Below, piece by piece: positions 21,092-31,886 of a DNA stretch of 64,000 nucleotides. The notes under the pieces were generated by a model. The model was not told where the DNA came from and searched no databases. It worked only from the letters and a program-made list of their open reading frames with translations. The position numbers were made by a program, and so were the translations under genes. The stretch is from positions 372,001 through 436,000 of the IMG/VR virus record IMGVR_UViG_3300027749_002876. One strand, given 5' to 3'. Within the stretch, counting starts at the first letter, position 1. Every line of letters starts with the position of its first letter.

Positions 21092-23088
21092 TGTTTAATG
21101 CCGCAGTTGGCGGATATATGTACGGTAGTTCATCCGCTGGAGGTACTGCCAACTATATTGAAGATGTGTTTAGCACATATCTTTACCAAACTAACGACTC
21201 TACACAAACAATTACTAACGGCATCAATTTATCTGCAAATGGTGGTTTGATGTGGTTTAAAACAAGAACGGATGGTACTCAATCTCATTCATGGGTTGAT
21301 AGTGCGCGTGGGAATAACGCTATTTATTCAGACCGAACTGTTGCTCAAGATGCTCTTAGAGTTAATGGTGGTGGGGCGGGTTCTATTACATTAAACACTA
21401 ATGGATTTACTTTTAGCGGTTCGGTTTTTGATAACTATGGAAATATAAATAGCGGAACTACAGGCCCTATGGTTTCATGGACATTCCGCAAGCAACCAAA
21501 GTTCTTTGATGTTGTGACATATACCGGCACGGGCGCAAATACAACTATTGCCCACAGTCTTGGAGCTGTCCCCGGTTGTATTATGGTAAAACGCACAGAT
21601 ACAACAGCAGATTGGGCTGTGTACCACAGTAGTTTAGCCAATACAGAATATCTTGTTTTAAATACTACAGCCGCCAAAGCAACGGGCGCAACATGGTGGA
21701 ACAGCACAACCCCAACAAGCTCAGTCTTTAGCGTAGGTACTAATTCAACTGTCAATGCTTCTGGCGGTACTTACGTCGCTTACCTATTTGCCGACAACGC
21801 AGGAGGCTTTGGTCTGACTGGTTCAGACAATGTGATTTCGTGTGGGTCTTATACGGGTAGCGATTCAACAGCTACAACTGTTACCCTTGGGTATGAACCC
21901 CAATGGATAATGATTAAAAGAGCCACAGGTGCTACAAGTGCTTACACAGGATGGGCTATTTTTGACAATATGCGTGGTATGCCGGTTTCTGGAAACGACA
22001 ATACACTATTAGCAAACACTTCCGATGCAGAAAATCCAGCTACAGCAAATGGCGCTTTTGTTTCTCCAACTGCAACAGGTTTTACATTAAATGTACCGAG
22101 TTCAAATTTAACCAACACTACAGAAACATTCATCTACATAGCCATACGCCGTGGCCCAATGAAAGTGCCTACAGTGGGTACGAGTGTGTTTAGTCCTCAA
22201 TACAATGCTTCAGGTGCAACGGGCACCGCAATTACAACTAACTTCCCAGTTGATATGCAGATGCAGGCGTATCCGCCCGGAGATGGTTTTAACTCTTCTG
22301 TTAACGACCGTTTGCGTGGGGTTAGTACAACTGCAACCCAATCAACAAAACAGTTGGTTACATCTGCAACTACCGCTGAAGATTCTCCAAATAGTACAAT
22401 GACAAACTTTTGGAATAGCACGGGATTTTTAAAGCCACAATATTACAACGGCGTACCGTACATAAGTTGGAACTTTCAACGCGCCCCCAGCTTCTTTGAT
22501 GAGGTTTGCTATACAGGAAACGGCCCGGGTACTCAGGCTGTTAGCCATAACCTTGGTGTAGTACCAGAATTGGTTATTACCAAAGTCCGAAGTGCCAATA
22601 TTGGGTGGACGGTGTTCCAAGGAAGCACTACTTCTATGACTGGATTTTTGCAACTTAACACCAATAGTGCCGCAGGCGGAGATACGTTAAATTTAAGCTC
22701 TACAACCATCACGGTTAACAGCACCATTGGTAATGGCATGAATGCCAATGGGTCTACATACGTCACCTATCTTTTTGCAACCTGCGCTGGGGTATCCAAA
22801 GTAGGAAGATATACAGGCACAGGAGCAACACAAACCATCTCTTGCGGGTTTGCAGGCGGTGCCAGATTTGTTTTAGTAAAGCGCACTGACTCAACCGGTG
22901 ATTGGTATGTCTGGGACACAGCTCGTGGTATGGTTTCTGGTACTGACCCATCATTGCTTTTGAACAGCACAGCCGCTGAAGTTAACGCAAACAGCATCTA
23001 CACCGCAACAGGTGGCTTTCAAATTGTCAGCACAGCAGCCGGTATTAATGCTTCCGGCGGTACTTATATCTTCTTAGCAATTGCTTAA
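21091..23088 (+). CDS. Putative receptor-binding tail protein with repeated YTGxG...HxLGxVP domains
   Basis: Internal repeats FFDVVTYTG / FFDEVCYTG, ends YIFLAIA; visibly more C/G-ending codons than neighbours. Confidence 0.7.
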   Translation: MFNAAVGGYMYGSSSAGGTANYIEDVFSTYLYQTNDSTQTITNGINLSANGGLMWFKTRTDGTQSHSWVDSARGNNAIYSDRTVAQDALRVNGGGAGSITLNTNGFTFSGSVFDNYGNINSGTTGPMVSWTFRKQPKFFDVVTYTGTGANTTIAHSLGAVPGCIMVKRTDTTADWAVYHSSLANTEYLVLNTTAAKATGATWWNSTTPTSSVFSVGTNSTVNASGGTYVAYLFADNAGGFGLTGSDNVISCGSYTGSDSTATTVTLGYEPQWIMIKRATGATSAYTGWAIFDNMRGMPVSGNDNTLLANTSDAENPATANGAFVSPTATGFTLNVPSSNLTNTTETFIYIAIRRGPMKVPTVGTSVFSPQYNASGATGTAITTNFPVDMQMQAYPPGDGFNSSVNDRLRGVSTTATQSTKQLVTSATTAEDSPNSTMTNFWNSTGFLKPQYYNGVPYISWNFQRAPSFFDEVCYTGNGPGTQAVSHNLGVVPELVITKVRSANIGWTVFQGSTTSMTGFLQLNTNSAAGGDTLNLSSTTITVNSTIGNGMNANGSTYVTYLFATCAGVSKVGRYTGTGATQTISCGFAGGARFVLVKRTDSTGDWYVWDTARGMVSGTDPSLLLNSTAAEVNANSIYTATGGFQIVSTAAGINASGGTYIFLAIA

Positions 23089-23097
23089 AGGAAAATC

Positions 23098-23544
23098 ATG
23101 CAAATACGAATTAGAGAAACAGGAACAGTAATGTACGAAAATGAATTTCGTACATATATAAGAGACAACAACGGCCCTACTTGGGAGTTAACAACAACAC
23201 AGATTATAGAAAGTTTGGATGCCGATGTAGTTTTAGAAGGACCACAAGCACAACCAACACGCTATCAAATAGCATTTGCTGATGGTGTTCAAGAGATCAA
23301 TGGTCAATGGTTCACAAAATACAGTGTTGCTGATATGGGACAAGAAGCAAAAGATGCTTTAGATGCTAGCCAATCTAAATCTGTACGTGATAATCGTAAT
23401 CAATTGTTAAAAGATTGTGATTGGACACAATTAGCTGACAGCACCGCAGATAAAACTGCATGGGCTATATATCGTCAATCGTTACGTGATGTACCATCAC
23501 AATCAGGATTTCCTTGGGAAATCATTTGGCCTACACAACCTTAA
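23098..23544 (+). CDS. Tail fibre assembly chaperone
   Basis: RxxRNxLLxxCDWTQLxD...WxxYRQxLRDVPxQxGFP...WP motif. Confidence 0.85.
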   Translation: MQIRIRETGTVMYENEFRTYIRDNNGPTWELTTTQIIESLDADVVLEGPQAQPTRYQIAFADGVQEINGQWFTKYSVADMGQEAKDALDASQSKSVRDNRNQLLKDCDWTQLADSTADKTAWAIYRQSLRDVPSQSGFPWEIIWPTQP

Positions 23545-23820
23545 AAACGATTATGACAACACTAACAGGAATAACCATAACAGCTGGTCCCAGTCAAGGA
23601 GTATTAATAACAGGTGGTACCGGTGCTACGTATCCTTTCGAAGTTAAAGTTAATAATTGGACTAGATAGTCCAATTATTTTGTGCTATATCGGGGCAAAA
23701 ATGTCATCGTAACACTCAAATTTTCCTGTTATTTTAATAATCCTAAACACAATAAGATTAAAAAAATGATAAATAATAGTAATATGTGGTAGAAAACTAC
23801 TTGAAACACCAGGAAGAAAA

Positions 23821-26800
23821 ATGAGTTTAATATTAAAACAAGAACCAGCAAATACTATATCAACTCCACCAGCCGGAAAAAGTACGCTATTTATTACTGA
23901 TACCAGCACGATGGCAGTTAAAAACCCAAGTGGGGATGTAACATATTTCCCAACTGTTCAGGGTTCAAATACACAGGTCTTTTTCAATGACAACGGTAGT
24001 ATTAACGGCAATGCTAGCTTAGTCTTTAATAAGACTACTGGCACAATGACTGTTGCTAATTTATCAGTAACCGGTACATTGAATGCAGGAGATATCAGCG
24101 TTTCATCTATTGCTAACGGTACAAGTAATGTTGATATCATTGGTATAAGCGGCAATGTAACAACAAGCGTAGCTGGTGTCGCAAATGTATTAGTTGTAAC
24201 TAGTACTGGGGCAAACATTACAGGTACACTAAGTGCTAGTGGTAACGTTACAGCACCAAACTTTATTGGTAACATTACTGGTAATATTTCAGGAAATGCT
24301 GTAACAGCAGGTACAGTAACAACTAATGCACAACCTAACATTACAAGTACAGGCACATTAACAAGTTTAAGTTCTAGTGGTAACATCACTGGTGGTAACT
24401 TAGTAACTGCTGGTAACGTAAACGCATCTATTATTGTAAATGGTGGCACAGGCGTCTATATGGCTGCTGGTCCTGCAGGATACATTAATTTCTTCACTAC
24501 TGGTGGCGACAAAGCCACTATCACTGATGCTGGTAACATCGCAGCCAGTAACTTGATTGCAAATAGCACAATTTTTGCAGTAACGGCTAATATTTCCGGT
24601 AACGTAAATGCAGGTAATGTAGCAGCCACAACATTCACTGGAGCATTATCAGGTGCGGCTACAAGTGCTACTACAGCAGGTACCGTTACAACTGCGGCTC
24701 AACCTAACATCACATCAGTTGGTACATTAACAAGTGTTTCTTCCTCAGGTAATGTAACAGGTGCTAATTTAATAACAGGTGGTATTGTAAGTGCTACAGG
24801 TAATGTTACTGCTAGCTTCTTTATTGGTAACGGTAGTCAGTTAACTGGATTAAATTCAGCAGGGGTATCAAATGGTAATAGTAATGTAAATATAGCTACT
24901 GCTAATGGTAATGTAACTATTGCCGCAGTTGGTAATACAACAATGACTATTACTGGTACTGGTGCAAATATATCAGGTACACTAAGTGCAACCAGTAATA
25001 TTACTGGTGGCAATTTAATAGTCAACAATCTAACTTCTACCCGTGTCCCGTATGTAGGTACAAGTAAACAACTCACTGATACTGCCAGTTTGGTATGGGA
25101 CAATCCAAATCAAGTATTAAAAGTAGGTGCAGGTGCTACTGAAATTGGCGGAGATGCGGGTTTTGGTTATCTCTCTACAAAAAATATAACTGCATCAGGT
25201 AATGCCAACATCGGCAATATTGGTACAGCAATATTAGTTGCAACTGGAACAGGTAGTTTTGGTGGCAATGTTAACTTAAATAGCTTTAACATTATAAGTC
25301 TCGCAACACCAGTTAATGATACTGATGCGGCAACAAAAGCATATGTAGATACAGTAGCACAAGGTCTTGATACTAAGGCTAGCGTTGTAGCCGCAACTAC
25401 AGTTAATATTACATTAACCGGCGCACAAACTATTGATGGTATATCTATTGTAGCCGGTAATAGAGTATTAGTTAAAAATCAATCAGCTCCTGCAGAAAAC
25501 GGGTTATATTTATGTGCCGCAGGTTCATGGACACGAACACCAGATATGGATAACTGGACAGAAGTTCCAGGAGCATATGTATTTGTTGAAACAGGAACCA
25601 CACAAGCAGACACTGGTTGGGTATGTACTTCAAATGCAGGCGGTACAATTGGTGTAACCGCAATGACTTGGGCACAGTTCAGTGGCGCAGGTAGTTACAC
25701 AGCAGGAACAGGACTAACATTAACTGGTACTGTTTTTAGTGCAAATGCAAGTCAAACACAAATTACAGCAGTTGGTACACTAACTAGTTTATCAGTAAGT
25801 GGTAATATCAATGCTGGTAACGTAACTGCCACCACGTTCACCGGTGCATTGACAGGTCTTGCGTCTAGTGCTACTATAGCGGCATCAGCAAACAGTGTAG
25901 CCGGCGCTAATGTATCCGGCGCAGTAGCATTCGCAACTACAGCCAATGCAGTAGCAGGTGGTAATGTCTCAGGTGCAGTCGCATTTGCAACAACTGCTAA
26001 TAGTGTAGCAGGTGCTAACGTATCTGGTACAGTGTCTAGTGCTACAAGTTCTACAACAGCCGGTACCGTAACAACTGCGGCTCAAGGTAACATTACATCA
26101 GTTGGTACATTAACAAGTTTAAGTGTATCAGGTAATATCACTGCCGGTAATATAAGTGCTACAAATCATACTGGTACAACATCAAATATTACTGGTCAAT
26201 ACATAACTACACTAGCTACAGGTACAGCACCGTTTGTTGTTACATCTACTACACAAGTTGCTAACTTAAATGTTGCTTCTGCGGGTCTTGCTACATTCGC
26301 AACAACAGCCAATGCAGTAGCAGGTGGTAATGTTTCAGGTGCAGTCGCATTTGCAACAACAGCCAATGCAGTAGCAGGTGGTAATGTTTCAGGTGCAGTC
26401 GCATTTGCAACAACAGCCAATAGTGTAGCAGGTGCAAATGTATCGGGTACTGTATCTAGTGCCACAAATGCAACCACAGCAGGTACAGTAACTACTGCGG
26501 CACAAGGTAACATTACAAGTGTTGGTACACTAAGTTCATTAAGTGTAAGTGGTCAAATAACAAATGCTAACATCACAACCGGCGGTTCTGGTACAGCAGG
26601 TAACTTAACAGGTAACTGGACATTAAGTTCAGGATCAAGACTACAAGCAACTTATGCTGACTTGGCAGAAAAATATGTTGCTGACGCAGAGTACACACCC
26701 GGTACAGTATTAATATTTGGTGGTGATAAAGAAGTCACACTAGCTAATCTATTTGACAGTACACGTGTAGCAGGGGTTGTAACAACAAATCCAGCTTATA

Positions 26801-27027
26801 TTATGAATAGTGCATGTGAAGGTGAACATGTTGTTAACATTGCTCTGCAAGGTCGTGTGCCAGTTAAAGTACAAGGTCCTGTTTACAAAGGTGACTTACT
26901 AGTATCAAGTACTAATGGACATGCTACTGCTAATAATATAGCACGTGCGGGTACTATCATTGGTAAATCACTAGAAAACTTCAATGGTGAATCGGGTATC
27001 ATTGAAGTAGCGGTAGGACGATTCTAA
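23821..27027 (+). CDS. Tail fibre/spike with C-terminal intramolecular chaperone (autocleavage) domain
   Basis: ATYADLAEKY...PGTVL...GVVTTNPA...ALQGRVPVKV...KGDLLVSS...IGKSLE C-terminus; 18-aa FATTANAVAGGNVSGAVA repeats. Confidence 0.8.
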   Translation: MSLILKQEPANTISTPPAGKSTLFITDTSTMAVKNPSGDVTYFPTVQGSNTQVFFNDNGSINGNASLVFNKTTGTMTVANLSVTGTLNAGDISVSSIANGTSNVDIIGISGNVTTSVAGVANVLVVTSTGANITGTLSASGNVTAPNFIGNITGNISGNAVTAGTVTTNAQPNITSTGTLTSLSSSGNITGGNLVTAGNVNASIIVNGGTGVYMAAGPAGYINFFTTGGDKATITDAGNIAASNLIANSTIFAVTANISGNVNAGNVAATTFTGALSGAATSATTAGTVTTAAQPNITSVGTLTSVSSSGNVTGANLITGGIVSATGNVTASFFIGNGSQLTGLNSAGVSNGNSNVNIATANGNVTIAAVGNTTMTITGTGANISGTLSATSNITGGNLIVNNLTSTRVPYVGTSKQLTDTASLVWDNPNQVLKVGAGATEIGGDAGFGYLSTKNITASGNANIGNIGTAILVATGTGSFGGNVNLNSFNIISLATPVNDTDAATKAYVDTVAQGLDTKASVVAATTVNITLTGAQTIDGISIVAGNRVLVKNQSAPAENGLYLCAAGSWTRTPDMDNWTEVPGAYVFVETGTTQADTGWVCTSNAGGTIGVTAMTWAQFSGAGSYTAGTGLTLTGTVFSANASQTQITAVGTLTSLSVSGNINAGNVTATTFTGALTGLASSATIAASANSVAGANVSGAVAFATTANAVAGGNVSGAVAFATTANSVAGANVSGTVSSATSSTTAGTVTTAAQGNITSVGTLTSLSVSGNITAGNISATNHTGTTSNITGQYITTLATGTAPFVVTSTTQVANLNVASAGLATFATTANAVAGGNVSGAVAFATTANAVAGGNVSGAVAFATTANSVAGANVSGTVSSATNATTAGTVTTAAQGNITSVGTLSSLSVSGQITNANITTGGSGTAGNLTGNWTLSSGSRLQATYADLAEKYVADAEYTPGTVLIFGGDKEVTLANLFDSTRVAGVVTTNPAYIMNSACEGEHVVNIALQGRVPVKVQGPVYKGDLLVSSTNGHATANNIARAGTIIGKSLENFNGESGIIEVAVGRF

Positions 27028-27067
27028 TACAATTTCATACTGTACTTGTTGTAATGATAAGTACAGT

Positions 27068-27514
27068 GTGATGAACGTATTTCAATTAAACTATGACACC
27101 AGACTCCAGTACTGGTATAATTTAAGACAAACTCTCCAAAATTCTAATATACAAACCCAATGTGTAGAAATAGACAAGTGGTGGCAATACGCACCATTGG
27201 TAACACATTACCTACATCCACATGAAATTGAATCATGGCCCGGTCCATGGGAATTAATTAACGATAACGAATATTGTCATTTGGCTAGAGGTTTGGGAAT
27301 GATATATACTCTATTACTATTGGGTATCACAGACATTGACTTTTGCTTAGGAAAAGACGATAATAGTGAAGACGTGGCATTAGTCATGGTCGACAACGCA
27401 AAATATCTGCTCAATTACTGGCCTGATACGGTCATAAGTAATAAACTAAAAGATTTTAAAATAGTACAAAAATTAGATTTACAAATAATAATTAAAAAAA
27501 TAGGCAACATATGA
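27068..27514 (+). CDS. Hypothetical protein
   Basis: 148 aa ORF coupled to the nrdA start; GTG start after TAAGTA. Confidence 0.6.
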   Translation: MMNVFQLNYDTRLQYWYNLRQTLQNSNIQTQCVEIDKWWQYAPLVTHYLHPHEIESWPGPWELINDNEYCHLARGLGMIYTLLLLGITDIDFCLGKDDNSEDVALVMVDNAKYLLNYWPDTVISNKLKDFKIVQKLDLQIIIKKIGNI

Positions 27515-28983
27515 AAATTAACGTCACCAAACGCTCTGGTATAAAAGAGCCGCTTACTCTGGAAAAATGGCAAGCGCAAGTAGCAAAAGTATGTAAGGGA
27601 ATAGCAGACGTTAGCCCTTCAATGATAGAAATAAAATCACAACTACACTTCTATGATGGCATCACCACTACCGAAATTGATGAGATTACACTACGTGCTA
27701 TCGTTGACTTGATTGATGTAGAAAATAATACTGATATAGGTCATACAAACTATCAATACGTAGCAGGTAAACAACGTGTCAGTATGTTGAGGAAGGATGT
27801 ATATGGTAGCTATAATGTGCCGCATCTCTATGAAATAGTTAAAAAGAATGTAGAGACCGGTCTTTATACTGATGAACTATTGTCATGGTATAATGAAGAA
27901 GATTGGAACAAGATGAATGACATGTTGGATCATTCTAAAGACGAAAGTTATAGTTATGCCGCCATTGAACAATTGATTGAAAAATACTTAGTAAAGAATC
28001 GTAGTACGAAAGAAATATATGAAACGCCACAAATTAGATACATGGTTGCAGCCGCAACAGTCTTCCATAGTGAAGAACCAAACAGTGCAAGAATGCGATA
28101 CATTAAAGAATACTATACAGCAGCCAGTGACGGATTATTCACACTTGCAACCCCCGTACTTGCCGGCTTGGGAACGCCTACTAAACAATTTAGTAGTTGC
28201 GTTCTTATTCGCTCGGATGATGATTTGGACAGTATTTTCGCATCCGGGGAAATGATGGCAAAGTATGCCAGCAAACGTGCTGGTATTGGTTTAGAAATTG
28301 GTAGACTACGTTCATTGGGTAGTCCTATTCGTGGTGGCGAAATAATGCACACCGGCATGATACCATTCTTAAAGAAATGGTTCGGAGACTTAAGAAGTTG
28401 CAGTCAAGGAGGTATTCGTAATGCAAGTGCTACTGTATTTTATCCCATTTGGCATCATCAGTTTGATGACCTTATCGTACTTAAAAACAATCAAGGAACC
28501 GATGAAACACGTGTCAGGTTCATGGACTATGGGGTTGTTCTTAGTGCATTCTTCTGGAGAAGATTTAAAAATAAAGAACAAATAACATTCTTTGATCCAA
28601 ATGAAGTGCCAGACTTATATCAAGCATTCTATAGTAATACTGAATTATTTGAAGAACTATATGTTAAATATGAAAAACGTAAAGACTTAAGAAAGAAAAC
28701 AATGAGTGCTGAAGAAGTATTCAAGAGTGGCATTCTTAAAGAACGAACAGATACAGGGCGTATCTACTTAGTGTTCGTTGACAATGTTATGAGTCAAGGA
28801 CCATTTGATCCTGAATATCATACAATTTATCAATCCAACCTTTGCTTAGAGGTACTTTTGCCGACAAAGAGTTTTAAGAAGATCGATCCGACTAGAAAAT
28901 TGATTCGGGTTAAAAAGTCCAATGTTGATGAGTTTATGAAAACTAAACCCACAGACATAGTTAAGATTAGGAAGATAAAATAG
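27511..28983 (+). CDS. nrdA: Ribonucleotide reductase class Ia alpha subunit, N-terminal fragment
   Basis: ATP-cone VTKRSG, QFSSCVL, SCSQGGIR, QSNLCLE active-site motif; ends in a basic non-RNR tail. Confidence 0.95.
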   Translation: MKINVTKRSGIKEPLTLEKWQAQVAKVCKGIADVSPSMIEIKSQLHFYDGITTTEIDEITLRAIVDLIDVENNTDIGHTNYQYVAGKQRVSMLRKDVYGSYNVPHLYEIVKKNVETGLYTDELLSWYNEEDWNKMNDMLDHSKDESYSYAAIEQLIEKYLVKNRSTKEIYETPQIRYMVAAATVFHSEEPNSARMRYIKEYYTAASDGLFTLATPVLAGLGTPTKQFSSCVLIRSDDDLDSIFASGEMMAKYASKRAGIGLEIGRLRSLGSPIRGGEIMHTGMIPFLKKWFGDLRSCSQGGIRNASATVFYPIWHHQFDDLIVLKNNQGTDETRVRFMDYGVVLSAFFWRRFKNKEQITFFDPNEVPDLYQAFYSNTELFEELYVKYEKRKDLRKKTMSAEEVFKSGILKERTDTGRIYLVFVDNVMSQGPFDPEYHTIYQSNLCLEVLLPTKSFKKIDPTRKLIRVKKSNVDEFMKTKPTDIVKIRKIK

Positions 28984-29031
28984 TAGGTAATAGTATTTCA
29001 AGCATAAATAAGACTAGAGGAAATAATTTTT

Positions 29032-29787
29032 ATGAAGAAATATATTGTCTATTGTCACACATTAAATGGCAAGAAATACATAGGATATACAGGTAAAACA
29101 ATGGAAGAACGATTACAGGATCATATCGGCGAAGCATTAGAAGGAAGTGATAGACATTTCCATCGTGCTATCAATAAGTATGGATATGAGAACATCGTTT
29201 CAGATGTGTTAGCAGAAGTATACACCAAAGATGAAGCCAAAAAGTTAGAAGAAACATTCGTTGAAAAGTTAGATACCTTCAAAAACGGATACAATATGAC
29301 TCGGGGCGGAGATGGTGGAAATACCCTTGAAAAATATACAGAAGAAAAGATGATAGAGCACCGTAAGTTAAAGTCGTTTAATTCAACCGGAATGAATAAT
29401 AGTAATGCTAAACCCAGTATTACCAAAGAGATGCTAATAGATGTAGTGTATCAGTTTTGTATAGAAAACAATAAGCAAGGAGGTTACTTGCTTAGAAAAG
29501 AAATTGAAGCAGTCCTTAAGGAAAAGTTAGGTGTTAGTCAAATGATTTTAAAAAATAGGATTGACAATGGATTTAAACAACTAGTAGAAGAAGTAAACAA
29601 AAAGTTAGATGTGCTAGTTAAGTATGATCCTTACTATAGAAGCGAAGACCATCGCAAACAATTATCATCAGCAACCTCAAGACATCGCTGGGCAACAAAC
29701 GGCATTAAAAATATTAAACTTAATGAAAAAGATTTAGAAAAGTTCCTGAAAGAGAACATGACATACAAAAAAGGCAGAACATTATGA
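29032..29787 (+). mobile_element. GIY-YIG homing endonuclease inserted in nrdA
   Basis: YIVYC...KKYIGYT...R...H, GYNMTRGGDG; own ATAAATA promoter and GAGGA SD. Confidence 0.9.
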
Positions 29788-30800
29788 ACAAACTATACGA
29801 AGAAATAGAATATCTACCTGAAGAATTAGATGACGAATATGATTATTATGAGGTTGACGAAGTTGAGGGGAGGGTGGCCCTCTGTACTCTCGGGTCAATA
29901 AATTGGGGTGCGTTCCGTAACCCAGAAGACATGCGCCGTGCTTGCCGCATATTGCATCGTAGCCTCAATAACATTCTTGACTATCAAGACTTTCTATCCA
30001 TTCAATCTAAACTATCAAACGATGAAATCAGACCTCTTGGAATTGGAATCACTAATCTTGCCTACTGGCACGCCAAGCGAAGTCTCAAGTACGGAGAAAA
30101 AGACGCATTGGCTGAAGTCAAGACGTGGATGGAACACTTATCCTTCTATTTAACTGAAGCAAGTGTGGAACTAGCACAAGAGCGTGGTCGTTGTGAACAT
30201 AGCGATAAAACACGTTATGGGCAAGGCATCTTTCCCTGGGAACTACGTGCTAAAGGTGTAAACGAATTAACTAACTTTGATCCAGAACTTAATTGGGAAG
30301 GACTACGTGCTATGATGCGTAGTTATGGTGTCCGTAATGCTACACAAATGGCCGTTGCTCCTGTAGAATCTAGTTCAGTGGTAATTAACAGTACCAATGG
30401 TATTGAGTTGCCAATGAGTTTGATAAGTGTTAAAGAAAGCAAGGCAGGAAGTTTTGTACAAGTTGTTCCCGAATATCATAAGTTGAAAAACAAATATCAA
30501 TTGATGTGGGATCAAAAAGATTGTGATGGTTACTTAAAAACAGCGGCAGTGATTGCAGCCTATGTTGACCAAAGTATAAGTACTAACACATTCTATAACC
30601 CTGCACATTTCCCTGAACGTAAAGTTCCAACAACATTGATTGCTAAGAACTTAATGCAAGCTCATTATTGGGGACTAAAGACATTCTACTATAGCTTGAT
30701 TAACAAAGCAGGTAGTAAGAGCCAAGATGAAACTGTATTAGATTTGCCAAGTGGCTTTAATGATATGGATGAAGAAGATTGCGAAGCTTGTAAATTATAA
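29784..30800 (+). CDS. nrdA: Ribonucleotide reductase alpha subunit, C-terminal fragment
   Basis: ALCTLGSIN, RNATQMAVAPVESSS, DQSISTN, KTFYY, C-terminal CEACKL; acidic N-terminal extension. Confidence 0.95.
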   Translation: MNKLYEEIEYLPEELDDEYDYYEVDEVEGRVALCTLGSINWGAFRNPEDMRRACRILHRSLNNILDYQDFLSIQSKLSNDEIRPLGIGITNLAYWHAKRSLKYGEKDALAEVKTWMEHLSFYLTEASVELAQERGRCEHSDKTRYGQGIFPWELRAKGVNELTNFDPELNWEGLRAMMRSYGVRNATQMAVAPVESSSVVINSTNGIELPMSLISVKESKAGSFVQVVPEYHKLKNKYQLMWDQKDCDGYLKTAAVIAAYVDQSISTNTFYNPAHFPERKVPTTLIAKNLMQAHYWGLKTFYYSLINKAGSKSQDETVLDLPSGFNDMDEEDCEACKL

Positions 30801-30809
30801 AGGAAAAAA

Positions 30810-31886
30810 ATGATTAAAAATATATTAATAGGATTATTGATTAGTATAGCATTAGTAGCTAAGGCAGAAGATGCACCAACCACATTATCAAACTCAGGAA
30901 CTATAAGCCCTTATAAGGCCGAGCGTGGTGGAATATTCTTAGCACCAGATTTACTTCTTGTAATTCCAGGAAACACTAAGCTTGACATAAGCACACAACC
31001 GTGGGTAGATTCTTCAAATAACACAATTGTTATTTCAAAGATGCCATACGTTAGTGGTACCAAGTATGCTAAAGATTATGCAAAAGAAGGAAGTGTATTC
31101 ACTATAACTAGTGATAAAAAGTACCGTTATTTTAAAGGTAATGGATTACCATCAACTGTAATGGGAGAGTATCCGGTACAACAAGGAACTGAAGCATACA
31201 AGTATTACAGTGTTGCACCCGGTGGACATGATTTTAGAACAGGCATTCCTGGATCAGACTACTCAAGCGCCGCGGCAATTGGCATTAGTCCTTATAGACT
31301 AGTTGTTCAACTACCAAAACATCCAAAACCTAGTGCTACTCCAAATCCAATTGCTTCATTGCCAATTGGTGTAACACTAACCGGTACTGTGTGGCATTTT
31401 GAATTAGCAAATGCCAGTGGCACTGCATGGTATAATCCAACTTCATTATTACCAATTGACCAATGCTGGGGACATCCTTATGCTCAACAATATCACTTGC
31501 ATGGTTATTCATGGAAGTGTTTCCCTAATCAAGGAACAGAAGGACATTCACCATTGTTTGGTTATGCATTTGATGGCTTTGGCATCTATGGCCCTAGAGG
31601 CGATGATGGTAAAATGGTTACCAATGAGCAACTAGATGAATGTCACGGACATACTCATCCAGTACTATGGGATGGCAAAATGAAAAACATCTATCACTAT
31701 CACTTGAACAATGAATTTCCATATAGCATCGGTTGCTTCAGGGGTAAAGTTGACTATGCCAAAGCATTAGGGTCGCCTGATATGAATGCACATGGTAAAA
31801 TGGTTCATGGCACACCGAGCCATAAACACAAAGAAGATGAAAGTCTCCCACATATTATGATTATTCCAAGGAAACCGTTTCAATGA
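30810..31886 (+). CDS. Secreted YHYH-domain protein
   Basis: Signal peptide; DQCWGHP, YHLH, GYAFDGFGIYG, LDECHGH, YHYH, FPYSIGC motifs. Confidence 0.85.
   Translation: MIKNILIGLLISIALVAKAEDAPTTLSNSGTISPYKAERGGIFLAPDLLLVIPGNTKLDISTQPWVDSSNNTIVISKMPYVSGTKYAKDYAKEGSVFTITSDKKYRYFKGNGLPSTVMGEYPVQQGTEAYKYYSVAPGGHDFRTGIPGSDYSSAAAIGISPYRLVVQLPKHPKPSATPNPIASLPIGVTLTGTVWHFELANASGTAWYNPTSLLPIDQCWGHPYAQQYHLHGYSWKCFPNQGTEGHSPLFGYAFDGFGIYGPRGDDGKMVTNEQLDECHGHTHPVLWDGKMKNIYHYHLNNEFPYSIGCFRGKVDYAKALGSPDMNAHGKMVHGTPSHKHKEDESLPHIMIIPRKPFQ

Noticed and set aside
1152-26513. Many long minus-strand ORFs across the tail fibre genes
   Set aside because: Shadow frames produced by the repetitive Gly/Asn/Thr codons of the + strand genes; no independent SD, promoter or recognisable domain.
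28870-29870. Split intein or group I intron in nrdA
   Set aside because: No Cys/Ser intein start or His-Asn end, and no non-coding space for an intron core; the extensions are in-frame coding tails.
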